DNA of 52,306 bases. It comes from Chiloscyllium plagiosum. Lineage: Eukaryota. Under the pieces are notes generated by a model. That model searched no databases. It was given only the letters and a program-made list of their open reading frames with translations, and had not been told where the DNA came from. Of this stretch, positions 12,860 through 24,699 are shown piece by piece. Both the position numbers and the translations under genes were made by a program. The stretch is from contig NC_057718.1 of NCBI RefSeq assembly GCF_004010195.1, positions 701,893 to 754,198 of the forward strand. Direction: 5' to 3'. Within the stretch, counting starts at the first letter, position 1, and the number at the start of each line of letters is the position of its first letter.

Positions 12860-13995
12860 GAAAGAAAGGAACATAGAACAATAATTGTCATGAGGAAAAA
12901 TACTTAGCAAGCTATTGTGATTGCCTGATGGCCCACGAGTCAGAAAGGAAGTGACAGTAGAGATAGTGGATCAATTGGTTATAATATTCCAAAATTCGTT
13001 GGATTCTGGAGAGGTTCAGTGGATTGTATCCCCTTATTTAGAAAGGGAAGCAAGCAGAAAATATGAAACTATAGTTAGTTTAATGTTACATTGGGAAATT
13101 GTGTAAATCCATTATTAAGGAAATAATAATAGAACATTTAGAAATCCATCAACGTATGCATGGATTTACGAAGCACAAATCATGTTTAACTTATTTTGCT
13201 AGAATTCTTTGACGATGTAACAAGTAAAATCGATAATGGCATATCCTGCAGATGTAGTTTATCTGAACTTCAGGAATGCATTTGATAAGGAAGCACACAA
13301 AATGTTAATACACAGGGTAAGATCACATGGGGTCGGGGTAATTTATTAGCTTGGATAGACAATTGGCTAACCAACAGAAAGTAGAGAATTTGGATAAATG
13401 TGCCTTTATGGCAAGCTGTAACTAGTGGAGATTGGTCCTTGGGTCCCCAACTATTTATAATCTATATTAATGACCGGAATGCAGGAATAACGGTTATGAT
13501 GTGACATTTGCAGATGACACTAAAATAGGTGGGAAAATAAGTCTTGATGAAGAAAGAAGAAATCTACAAACGGATATGGATTGGTTTGGTGACTAGGCCA
13601 AAATTTGGTTGATGGAGTTTAATGTGGATAAGTTTGAGGCTATCCATTTTGGTTGGAATAATAGAAATTCCTGAAGAAGGGCTCATGCCCGAAACGTCGA
13701 TTCGCCTGCTCCTTGGATGCTGCCTGACCTGCTGAGCTTTTCCAGCAACACATTTTCAGCTCTGATCTCCAGCATCTGGAGTCCTCACTTTCTCCTGGAA
13801 TAATAGAAAGGCAACTTATTACCTAAATGGAGGGAAACTGCAAAGCTTCGGTGCAGACGGATGTGGGTGTGGTTATGCTTGATTCGCAGAAAATTAGTAC
13901 TCAGGTAGAGCAAGTAATAAGGAAGGCCAATGGAATTTTGGCATTTATTGCTAAAGGAATAGAGTATAAAGGTAAGGCAGTGTTGCTCAAACTAC
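12860..13995 (+). mobile_element. CR1 LINE RT fragment
   Basis: IIFQNSLDSGEV, HGFTKHKSCLT, FADDTKIGG and RKANGILAFIAKGIEYK motifs. Confidence 0.85.
13668..13795 (+). mobile_element. 128-bp hammerhead-bearing Penelope-derived insert, 14-bp TSD
   Basis: Begins ttcCTGAAGAAGGGCTCATGCCCGAAACGTC. TSD tggaataatagaaa at 13654-13667 and 13796-13809. Confidence 0.9.
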
Positions 13996-14480
13996 AAAGT
14001 TTCAGCCGCTTCCAGCGGGATGCCACCACTAAACATATTTCCCTCCCGCTTCTTGTCCGCCTTTCACAGGGACCGTTCACTCTGGAACACCTTGGTCCAC
14101 TCATCCTTCACAGTCAACATACTCCCAGTAGCCCTACAGCACTTACCCCTACATCCACAGAAGTTGTAACATCTTCCCATATACTTCCTCTCTGCTCAGT
14201 ATCCAAAGGGTCCAACACACCTTTCAGGTGAAGCAATACTTTCACTCAATCTAGATTACTACATTCACTGCTCACAATGTGGACTCCTCTACATTGGGGA
14301 AACAAAGTATAGACTGGGTGATCACTTCACTGAACACCTACATTTTGTCGCAAAAGAAACCATGAATTTCTAGTTGCCTGCCAGTTAACACTACCTCATT
14401 CCTTGGCCAACATCTCTGACTCAGGATTTCTGCAGTGCTCAACGAAGCTCATTTTTCACTCAAACTCTACAGGCTTCCAA
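13996..14480 (+). mobile_element. Penelope-like element GIY-YIG endonuclease fragment
   Basis: Translates CSQCGLLYIGETKYRLGDHFTEHL at ~14268-14340. Confidence 0.8.
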
Positions 14481-16117
14481 GTGGATCTACAGGATCTGTT
14501 TTAGGGCCTTCAAAATACATCAATGGATTAAGGGACTGAAGATTTGGTTAGTAAACTTACTGATGACACGGTGATAGGTTGGTGAGTAAACTGACAGAAC
14601 ATGTAGATAATCTATAAAGGGATTTCAATAGGTTAACTGAAAGGGCAAAGGTATAGCAGGTGAATTTTGAAAAATGTATACTTGCCCACTTTGGCAGGAG
14701 GAATAGAAAATCAGAATATTATTGACATAGAACATAAAACAGTACAGGCCCTTCGGCCCTTAATGTTGTGCCGAACTTTTATCCTACATTAAGATCAGAC
14801 TTACCAATCTTCCACGTGCCTATCCAAGAGTCGCTTAAATGTCCTGAATGTATTTGACTCTACTGCCACTGTTGGCAGTGCATTCCACAGACCCACCACT
14901 CTCTGAGGAAAGAACCTCCCTCTGACATCTCCCTTAAATGTTCCACCAGTTACCTTAAAATTATGTCCCCTCATGGTAGCCATTTCTGTCCTGGGAATCA
15001 GGGCCATTCACTCTATCTGTGCCTCTCATCATCTTGTACACCTCTATCAGTCATCCTTTTTTGCTCCAATGAGAAAAGCCCTGGCTCCCTTAACCTTTCT
15101 TCATAAGCCCTCCAGTCCAGGCAGCAACCTAGTAAATCTCCTCTGCACTCTCTCTAAAGCTTTCACATCCTTCCTATAATGAGGCGACCAGAACTGAACA
15201 CAATATTCCAAGTGTGGTCTAACCAGGGCTGTACAGAGCTGCAGCATAACCTAATGAAAGCCAACACATCATTCGCCTTCTTGACAACCCTATCAACTCA
15301 TGTGGAAACTTTGAGGGATCTATGTTCATGGACCCCAAGATCCCTCTGTTCCTCTGCACTGGCAAGAATCCTGCCTTCAACTCTGTATTCTGCATTCCAA
15401 CTGAAATAAGGCTGACTAGTCTATAATTATCAGGGTTGTCTCTCCTCCCCTTCTTGAATAAGGGAACAACATTTGCTATCCTCCAGTCTTCTGAAACTAT
15501 TCTTGTAGACAATGACAACATAAAGATCAAAGCCAAAGGTATGGCAGTCTCCTTCCTGGCTTCCCAGAGAATCCCATGATAAATCCCACCTGGCCCAGGG
15601 GACTTAGCTATTTTAACACCTTCCAGAATGGCTGACACCTCCTCATGAACCTCAATCCTGTCTAGTCTCATCGCCTTTATCTCAGAATTCTCAACATTGT
15701 CTTTTTCCAGTGTGAATATTAATGAAAAACATTCATTTAGCACATTCCCTATTTCCTCTGATTCCATGCACAACTTCCCACGACTATACCTGATTGGCCC
15801 TAATCTTACTCTAGTCATTCTTTTATTGCTAAGATAGCTTTAGAAGGCCTGAGGGTTTTCCTTGATCCAATCACCAATGACTTCTTGTGTCCCCTCCTGG
15901 CTCTTCTTAGCTCCCTCTTTAGATCTTTCCTGGCTAACTTGTAACTCTCAAGTGCCCTAACTGATCCTTCATGTCTCAACCCAATATAAGCCACCATCTT
16001 CCTCTTGGCAAGAATTCAACTTCTTTAGTAAACCACGGCTCCCTCACTCAACCACTTCCTCCCTGCCTGACAGGTACATATTTATCAAGGACCCGCAGTA
16101 GCTGTTCCTTGAATAAG

Positions 16118-16280
16118 GAACATGCAGGTCCTTGGACTCCTCTATCGCCAGACCATGGCAACACGACGGTTGGAGGAGGAGCGCCTCATCTTCCGAAGGG
16201 CTTATGCCCGAAACGTCGATTCTCCTGCTCCTTGGATGCTGTCTGACCTGCTGCGCTTTTCCAGCAACACAATTTCAGTC
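16118..16280 (+). mobile_element. Internally deleted Penelope-derived insert (GIY-YIG tail fused to hammerhead stem II), 11-bp TSD
   Basis: RRLEEERLIF-encoding sequence is joined directly to GAAGGGCTTATGCCCGAAACGTC. TSD ccttgaataag at 16107-16117 and 16281-16291. Confidence 0.85.
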
Positions 16281-17726
16281 CCTTGAATAAGCTCCACTTC
16301 AACTGTGCCCATCCCCTGCAGTTTCTTTTCCCATCCTATGAATCCTACATCTTTCCTAATCGCATTGTAATTGCCTTTCCCCAACTATAACTCTTGCCCT
16401 GCAGTATATACCTATCCCTTTCCATCGCTAAAGTAAACATAACCAAATTGTGGTCACTATCACCAAAGTGCTCACCTACCTCCAAACCTAACACCTGGCT
16501 GGGTTCATTACTCAGTACCAAATCTAATGTGGTCTCGCCCCTTGTTGGCCTGTCTACACACTGTGTTAGGAAACCCTCTTGCACATATTAAACAAAAACT
16601 GACCCATCTAAAGTACTTGAACTATACAATTCCCAGTCAATATTTGGAAAGATAAAGCCCTCATAACAACTACCCTGTTACTCTTGCTCCTATCCAGAAC
16701 CATCTTGGCGATCTTTTCCTCTACATCTCTGGAATTATTCAGATGCCTGTAGTAAACTCCCAACAGGGTGACCTCTCCTTCCCTGTTTCTAACCTCAGAC
16801 CATACTACCTCAGTAGACGAGTCCTCAAACGTCCTTTCTACTACAGTAATACTGTCCTTGTCTAACAATGCCACACCTCCCCCTCTTTTCCCATCTTCTC
16901 TGTTCTTACTGAAATATTTAGACCCCGGAACCTGCAACAACCATTCCAGTTCCTGCTCTACCCATGTCTCTGAAATAGCCACAACATTGATGTCCCAGGT
17001 ACCAACCCATGCTGCAAGTTCACCCACCTTATTCCGGATGCTCCTGACATTGAAGTAGACACACTTCAAACCACCTTCTTGCTTGCTGGGACACACCTAC
17101 GACCTTGAAACCTTATTTCTGACCTCACTGATCTCAACTTCCTGTACACTGGAACTACAATTCAGGTTCCCATCCCCTGCTGAATTAGTTTAAACCCACC
17201 CTAAGAGCATTAGCAAATATCCCCCCAGGATATTGGTATCCGTCTGGTTCATGTGTAGTCCCACCTACCCCAGAATGAGCCCCAATTATCCAGGAATCCA
17301 AAACCCTCCCTCCTGCACCATTCCTGTAGCCATGTGTTCAACTCCTCTCTCTCCCTATTCCCCGTCTCACTAGCACATGGTTCAGGCAACAAACCAGACA
17401 TGATAACTCTGTTTGTTCTGGCTCTAAGCTTCCACCCTAGCTCCCTGAATTTCTGTCTTACGTCCCCATCCCTTTTCCTACTTATGTGTTTTGTGCCTAT
17501 GTGGACCACACCTGTTCCCCTTCCCCCTCAAGGATCCCGAAAACATGATCCAAGACATCATGAGCCCTGGAGCCTGGGAGGCAACACACCAAATGTGAGT
17601 CTCTCTCGTTCCTCCACAACCTCCTATCTGTCCCCTAACTATGGAGACCCCAATGTCTAATGCTCTGCTCCTCTATCCCCTTCCCTTCTGAGCAACAGGG
17701 ACAGACTCTGCACCAGAGACTTGTAC

Positions 17727-17936
17727 AGGAGAAAGTGAGGACTGCAGATGCTGGAGATCAGAGTCGACAGTGTGGTGCTGGAAAAGCACAGCAGGTCAGG
17801 CAGCGTCTGAGGAGCAGGAGAATCGACATTTCGGGCATAACAATCCGTGATGAAGGGCATATGCCCGAAATGTTGATTCTTCTGCTCCTCGGATGCTGCC
17901 TGACCTGCCGTGCTTTTCCAGCACTACAGTCTTGAC
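17727..17936. mobile_element. Fold-back (inverted) pair of hammerhead-bearing Penelope termini, 14-bp TSD
   Basis: Left arm minus, right arm plus. TSD ccagagac(t/c)tgtac at 17713-17726 and 17937-17950. Confidence 0.88.
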
Positions 17937-18524
17937 CCAGAGACCTGTACCCCATGGCTTACCCCTGGTAAATCCCCCCCCGCCCCCCAACAGTATCCAA
18001 AACCGTATATTTGTTATTGAGGGGAATGGCAACAGGGGATCCCTGCACTGCCTGCCAGTTCCCTTTCCGTCTCCTGACGGTAACCCATCTACCTTCTTCT
18101 TTTATCTGAGGTGTGACTACCTCCCTTAACTCCTCTCAGTAACTCCCTCCACCTCCCGAATGACCCGAAGTTCATCCAGTTCCAGCTCCAGTTCCCTAAC
18201 ACGATTTTTGAGGAGTTGAAGTTGGATGCACTTCCCGCAGAGAAAGTCAGCAGGGACACTTGTGGTGATCCTTACCTCCCACATTCTGCAGGAGGAACAT
18301 TCAACTGCCCGAACCTCTATTCCCATTATTATAAATTCCCAACAAGACTATGGAAAATTAAAAATGGAAGAAAAAACTAGTTACCTTACCAATCTGCACA
18401 CAGAGCCTTTTTGTTTTGGTTGGAGGAGAAGGATGGGTGTGAGACACTACCTAATAGTGTTTCAGGTAACGCAACTGCCCAAATTTCTTTCTTCACTCAC
18501 TCAGCAGTCCTGTGTCTGCTCGTG

Positions 18525-19830
18525 TTTGTGAAATTGATGAACTGTTCAACCTCCTCGTGGAAGCATGAGGTGGCGCCAATACAGTCATCAATGTAGCGGA
18601 GGAAAAGATGGGGAATAATGCCAATGTAGCTGCAGAAGATGGACTATTCCATGTACCCGACAAAGAGGCAGCCATAACTGGGGACGATGTGGGTGCCCAT
18701 GGCTACCCCTTTGGTCTGATGGAAGTGGGAGGATTCGAAGGAGAAATTGTTGAGAGTGAGGGCCAGTTTAACTAATCGAATGAGTGTGTTGGATCAGCAA
18801 GAAAGGAAGAAATGGAGGCCTTCGTCATGGCAGATGGAAGTGTACAGGGACTAGATGACCATAGTGAAGATGAGGCATTGGGGGTCGAGGAACTGAAAGT
18901 CATGGAGGAGGTGGAGGGCGTGGGTGGTGTCCCGAATGTATGTGGGGAGATCCTGGACCAAGGGGGACAGGACGGTGTCAGTGTATGCAGAGATATGTTC
19001 GGTGGGGCAGAAGCAGGCGGGGATGATTAATCGAACTGGGCAGTCAGGTTTGTGAATTTTGGGTAAGAGGTAGAACTGGGTGGTGTGGGGTTCCTAGATG
19101 ATGAGGTTGGAGGCTGTGGATGGGAAATCCCCTGAGGTGTGAGGTTGTGGATGGCCTGAGAGATGATGGTTTTGTGATAGGAGGTGAGGTCATGGTCGAG
19201 GGGGCAGTAGGGGGAGGTGTCTGTGAGTTGGCACCCGGCTTCAGTGGTGTCCAGGTCAGTGTGCCAAACTACCATAGCCACCCCCCCCCCCCAACACACA
19301 CACACGCGCATACCTTGTCTGCTGGTTTGATGGTGAAGTTTGGGTTGGAGTGGAGGGCTGTGCATTGCAAGGGTGAGAGGTTGGAATTGGTAAGGAGGGT
19401 GGACAGGTTGAGACGGCACTGTTACGGTGGCAATTGGAGATGAAGAGGTCGAGGATGGGTAACAGACCAGCACGCAATGTCCAAGTGGATGGAGTGTGTT
19501 GGAGGCAGGAGACGGGGTCCTCGGAGGGTGGGTGGGAATCCTCATGGATAAAGTGAGTGCGGAGGCGGAGGAAGAAAAGTTAGATGTCACGACCTGTGTT
19601 GAATTCATTGATCTGGGAGCATAATGGAATAAAGATGAGGCCTTTGCTGAGAACTGATCATTCATCCTCAGTGAGGGGTGGTCTGGGGGAATGGTAAAAA
19701 CACAGCAGGACTGGGGGCTAGGAGCTGGGAGTGGGGGCGGAGACTGTAACTGGGGTGGGTGTGGTCATGATATCATGGGTGAAGTCACCGAAGGAAGTGA
19801 TGTCGTCATGGGGGTCGGGGGCGGAAGTGG
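18525..19830 (-). mobile_element. Penelope-like element RT region
   Basis: Reverse strand has FRYIDDCI (18580-18603) and QTKGVAMGTH. Homologous to 34610-35385. Confidence 0.85.
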
Positions 19831-20159
19831 TGCATTCAACACGTCGCAATATCAAACTTTTCTTCCACTGCCTCCACCTCCATGTTTACTTTTGTTTGTA
19901 CCCGGTCTGTATCCCTCTACTCCCTGCCTATTCATGCATCTGTTCAGATGCCTCTTAAATGTTGCTGCTTCTACCTCCACTTCTAACAGCATGTTCCAGG
20001 CACTTAACACCCATATGCACATTGTTGTAAAATGGTTGGATGGGTGGGTAGGTACTGGAAGGTTTCTCTTCATATAATCATTTCAAATGGGGCTTTGTGT
20101 TATTGTTTTCTACTAAATATTTTAATTGTCCTCCACTTTATGTTGCTGACTGCAAATTT

Positions 20160-20503
20160 GGGGAGGTAATGGTCTAGTGGCATTATCACTGGTTTGCTAA
20201 TTCAGAGAGCCAGGTAATGTTCTGGGGACATGGGTTCAAATCCCACCATGGCAGATGGTGGAATTGAATTTAATAAAAATTTGGAATTAAGAGTCTAATG
20301 ACGACCACAAATCCATTGTTGGAAAAGCCCCGTCTGGTTCATTAATGTCCTTCAGGAAACTGCCATCCTTACTTGGTCTGACCTACACATGACTGCAGGC
20401 ACACAGCAATGTTGCCAACTCTTAACTGTCCTCTGGGCACTTAGGAATGGATAATAAATGCTGGGCAGCCAGCAATGCCCAGATCCCATGAATGAATTAA
20501 AAA
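20160..20503 (+). mobile_element. tRNA-derived SINE with L2-type tail (central domain resembles the MetaSINE type; family assignment tentative)
   Basis: A box TGGTCTAGTGG, B box GGTTCAAATCC, core ctggttcattaatgtcctt...ctgccatccttac. The tail aataaatgctggg...atcccatgaatgaatt matches the L2 3' end at 29524-29571. Confidence 0.8.
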
Positions 20504-20544
20504 TGTCTGTTGCATTTACATTTGTTGTCCTTTCCTCTTCATAG

Positions 20545-20617
20545 TGATTTGGGGACCTTTATTGGGCTTGGTACTGTGACAGGATCCGTAGCTATCTACA
20601 TTGCATTTTCACTCCAG
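20545..20617 (+). CDS. PREB: PREB internal coding exon, 73 bp
   Basis: tttcctcttcatag|TGATTTG...CTCCAG|gtaacg. Translates (S)[24 protein letters not shown], near identical to human [22 protein letters not shown]. Phase 2 to 0. Confidence 0.97.
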
Positions 20618-21173
20618 GTAACGTCACGAATTTTGTTTTCCTTTTTGCAGTATATTACTCTATTTTATTCAATGTCTATGTCCTGTGATTATCAGTATCT
20701 CCGTTTTTAGTGTTTCATGAAATGTGATTGTGATTCACTATTGCCCAGTAGAGGTTGCTGCCTTGAACCGATGCAGTCAAAACAGTGTAAGGACACCACA
20801 ATACTGTTGAGAAAGTAGTTCCAAAGTTTTGATTCAGCAATCATGAAGGAACGGTGATGTAGTTCCGAGTTAGATAGTGTTGGGGCTTGGATCCTCCACA
20901 ATCTGTCACTGTTCTCTAGACCAATCAGCCACTTGTTGCTGACTGAATCTTCATTCAGACAAACCATATGGCTGCAGCTCCTCTGCTATTAGGCTCTTGT
21001 ACTCTTCCCCCACCCCCCGCCTGCGTTTGAACTAATACCAATATAAGCAGCACTTATCATGATGTCAGAAAACTTGTTTTTAAACACTGCAGGAACCTTT
21101 TCCATAACTTTGGGTTTTTAAAACTGACCTTTTCCTATTTCAATCCACCATTAAAGCCAGAGCAAAGTAAAAA

Positions 21174-21265
21174 TATTCCTGAAGAAGGGCTTATGCCCGA
21201 AACGTCGATTCTCCTGTTCCTTGGATGCTACCTGACCTGCTGCGCTTTTCCAGCAACACATTTTC
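21174..21265 (+). mobile_element. 92-bp hammerhead-bearing Penelope-derived insert, 13-bp TSD
   Basis: Begins tattcCTGAAGAAGGGCTTATGCCCGAAACGTC. TSD agcaaagtaaaaa at 21161-21173 and 21266-21278. Confidence 0.9.
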
Positions 21266-21319
21266 AGCAAAGTAAAAACATGTAGTCTATTACATAGCTC
21301 CACCCTTTAAGAAAAAAGC

Positions 21320-21860
21320 CAGTAGGTAATAGCAAGGCAAATGAATGTTGATCTTTATTTCGGCAGAATACAATATAATGCTGAAACCATACAAGGCACT
21401 AGTCAGACCATAGCTGAAATACTGGCACCAGATTGTGGCCCCTTATCCAAAGAAAGTTTACTAGGTTGATCCCAAGTATGGAGGGACTGTCTTGATGAGA
21501 ATCTTGTATAGGCTGGCTCTGTATTCACTAGAATTTAGAATAAGAGAAGCAACCTTCTTGAACGAATAACGAAGTGATATCATACAGGTCGACAGCACTG
21601 AAAAAGACATTTAGCATGCTGGCCTTCATCGGTTGAGGCATTGAGTATGAGAGTTGGGGCGTTATGTTACAGTTGTGTAAGTCATTGCTGAGGCCACACT
21701 TGGAATATTGTGTACAATTTTGGTCACCCTGTTATCGGAAAGACATTGTTGAACAGGAAAGAGTTCAAAGAAGAATTACAAGGATGTTGCAAGGACTTGT
21801 AGGCCTGAGTGACAGGAGGAGGTTGGCCAAGATACGTTTTGGTACCTTGGAACGTACCTC
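21320..21860 (+). mobile_element. CR1 LINE C-terminal fragments
   Basis: ORF 21664: [25 protein letters not shown]...RVQRRITRML. Confidence 0.8.
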
Positions 21861-21864
21861 CATA

Positions 21865-22852
21865 CCTCCAACACTAACCCCTGTGAGATCCCACTGGGCA
21901 CAGACCCTCCAACACTAACCCCTGTGAGATCCCACCAGGCACAGACCCTCCAACACTAACCCCTGTGAGATCCCACCAGGCACAGACCCTCCAACACTAA
22001 CCCCTGTGCGAACCCACTGGGTACAGACCCTCCAAAACTAACCCCTGTGAGATCCCACTGGGTACAGATCCTATAACATACCGCCTGTGAGATCCCACCG
22101 AGCACAGACCCTCCAACACTAACCCCTGTGAGATCCCACTGGGCACAGACCCTCCAACATTAACCCCTGTGAGATCCCACTGGGCACAGACCCTCCAACA
22201 CTAACCCCTGTGCGACCCCACTGGGCACAGACCCTCCAACACTAACCCCTGTGCGATACCATGGACACAGACCCTCCAACACTAACCCCTGTGAGATCTC
22301 ACTGGGCACAGACCCTCGAACACTAACCCCTGTGAGATCCCATGGACACAGACCCTCCAACATTAACCCCTGTGAGATCCCACCGGGCACAGACCCTCCA
22401 ACACTAACCCCTGTGCGATCCCACTGGGCACGGGCCCTCCAACACTAACCCCTGTGAGATCTCACTGGGCACAGACCCTCCAACACTAACCCCTGTGAGA
22501 TCCCATGGACACAGACCCTCCAACACTAACCCCTGTGAGATCCCACTGGGCACAGACCCTCCAACACTAACCCCTGTGAGATCCCACTGGGCACAGACCC
22601 TCCAACGCTAACCCCTGTGAGATCCCACTGGGCACAGACCCTCCAACACTAACCCCTGTGAGATCCCACTGGGTATACAGACCCTCCAACACTAACCCCT
22701 GTGAGATCCCACTGGGTACAGACCCTCCAACACTAACCCCTGTGAGATCCCACCGTGCACAGACCCTCCAACACTAACCCCTGTGAGATCCCACTGGGTA
22801 CAGACCCTCCAACACTAACCCCTGTGAGATCCCACCGTGCACAGACCCTCCA
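21865..22852. repeat. Minisatellite, ~24 copies of a 41-bp unit (40-43 bp variants)
   Basis: Unit ACACTAACCCCTGTGAGATCCCACTGGGCACAGACCCTCCA, period 41 (21871, 21912, 21953, ...), head to tail with no spacers. Confidence 0.97.
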
Positions 22853-24060
22853 GTCCATAAGATGTGGGAGTAGAATGAAGCCGTGCAGTGAATCGAGTCT
22901 GCTCCACCATTTGATCACGGCTGATATGTTTCTCAACCTCATCCTCCTGCCCTAACCCTCTAACCTTTCATCCCATACCAATCACAAACCTATCTATCTC
23001 TGTCTTAAATACACTCAATGACTTGGCTTCCACAGCTCTGTGTGGCACTGAGTTGCATAGATTCAACACCTCTGGCTGAAGAAATTCCTCCTTATCTCAG
23101 TTCTGAAGGATCATCCCTTCACCCTGACGATGTGCCCTTGGACCAGGCAAAAGCGAGGACTGCCGATGCTGGAAACCAGAGTCTAGATTAGAGTGGTGCT
23201 GGAAAAGCACAGCCGGTCAGGCAACACCCAAGGAGCAGGAAAATCGATGTTTCGGGCAAAAGCCCTTCAGTCCTGACCGGCTGTGCTTTTCCAGCACCAC
23301 TCTAATCTAAGATGTGTCCTTGGATCCTAGTCTGTTTTGTTACTGGAAACATATTCTCCTTGTCTACTCTATCCTGGCCTGTCAATATTGTATAAGTTTC
23401 AATGAGATCCCAGCATTATCCTTCTAAACTCCATTAAGCACAGACCCAGAGTCCTCAGTTGCACCTCATATGGTAAGCCATTCATCCTCGGGATCATTCT
23501 TGTAAACCTCCTCTGGACCCCTTCCAAGGCCAGCACATCCTTCCACAGATTCAGGGCCCAAAATGCTCACAATATTCCAAGTGCAATTTGACCAGAGCCT
23601 TATACAGCTCTAGCAGTGTGTACCTGCTCTTGTATTCTAGCCCACTTGAAATGAGTGCTAGCGTTGTATCTGCCTTCCTAACTGCCAGCTTCACCTGCAT
23701 GTTAACTAGACTATGATATAGAAAATAGACTATGCCTCTAGTCTTCTTAGCCAACTGCATGAGCTCAAGCTTTCCCACATTGTGTCCCATCTGCCACTTC
23801 TGTCCAAGTCCTTCTGCAGTCTCCCTGTCCCCTCAGCACTACTTGTCCCTCCACCTATGTGTGTCATCTGTAAATTTAGCAACAATGCCCTCAGTCCCTT
23901 CTCAGAGATAATTCATGTATAACGTGAATGTTTGTGCTCCCAGCACTGACCCCTGTCGCACACCATGTCATAGATTGTTGGCCTGAAAATGTCCCTTACC
24001 CCAACTCTGTCTTCTGTTAGCCAACCCCCTATCCATGTAATTGTACTACCTGTATCACCT
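22853..24060 (-). mobile_element. CR1 LINE RT to 3' end
   Basis: ORF 23551-23790: GLEYKSRYTLLELYKALVKLHLEYC. The 3' end is ccataagatgtgggagtaga. Confidence 0.87.
23143..23310. mobile_element. Asymmetric fold-back Penelope-terminus insert, 14-bp TSD
   Basis: Minus arm runs to gtttcgggcaaaagcccttca, then a short plus arm. TSD gatgtg(c/t)ccttgga at 23129-23142 and 23311-23324. Confidence 0.87.
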
Positions 24061-24699
24061 TATTCTGTCACCTAATGTTGTGGTAACCTCAACCAATGTA
24101 GGAATTGAACCCATGTTGTCAGGGTTTCTCTCTGCATGACAAAACAGTTGCCCAGTCAACCGAGCAAACTGACCTTGTGTAAAGTTCTGACCTCGTTTAA
24201 GAAAGAACATAATTGGAGCAGTTTGAGAAAGTTCACTTGACAAATTGGGGTGTGGGGGATATCTTATCAGAAAGGTTGGACAGTTGAGCAAATATCCATT
24301 GGGATTTAAAAGAATAAGGTGGTGATCTTGTTGAAATGTACAACGTCCTAAAGAGGCCTTAACAGTGTGGATAAGAAAAGCATGTTTCCCCTTCAGAAAC
24401 TAGAACTAAGAGGCACAGTTTAAAATAAGGGATCTCCCATTTCAGAACAAAATGAGAATTATTTTCTTTGAGGGCTGTTATTTTATGGAATTTGTCATGA
24501 TTCATTGGGTTAGTTCACTGGGAATCACGATCAGTCATGATTGTAATGAATATCAGAGCAGCCTCAACAAGCTGAATGCCTTACTCCTCCTGCTCCAGGT
24601 TTTTGATTCTGTTACCAGAGTGTGGAAATGTGCAAAGGTACAAAATGCCCAGTTTACCTGAACAACAAAATCAGGTTTAAAGAAAAAATAATTTTGACA

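Larger units (their letters stand above)
14722..18520 (-). mobile_element. Near full-length CR1 LINE (ORF1 zinc finger/leucine zipper and SGNH esterase, ORF2 APE endonuclease, 3' end) with RT core deleted
   Basis: ORF1: AVECSSCRMWEV...LCGKCIQLQLLKNRVRELELEL (18126-18326). Esterase VHIGT...SGLLP (17249-17509). APE YFNVRSIRNK...ISETW (16608-17096) and SDH (16345-16584). 3' tail gacatagaacata at 14724. Confidence 0.93.

Noticed and set aside
14722..18520. Active or domesticated LINE gene
   Set aside because: Multiple frameshifts and stops, RT deletion and nested insertions. No intact TE ORF exists anywhere in the window.
21865..22852. CRISPR-like array
   Set aside because: Units are contiguous with no unique spacers, there are no cas genes and the context is a vertebrate intron. 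It is a minisatellite.
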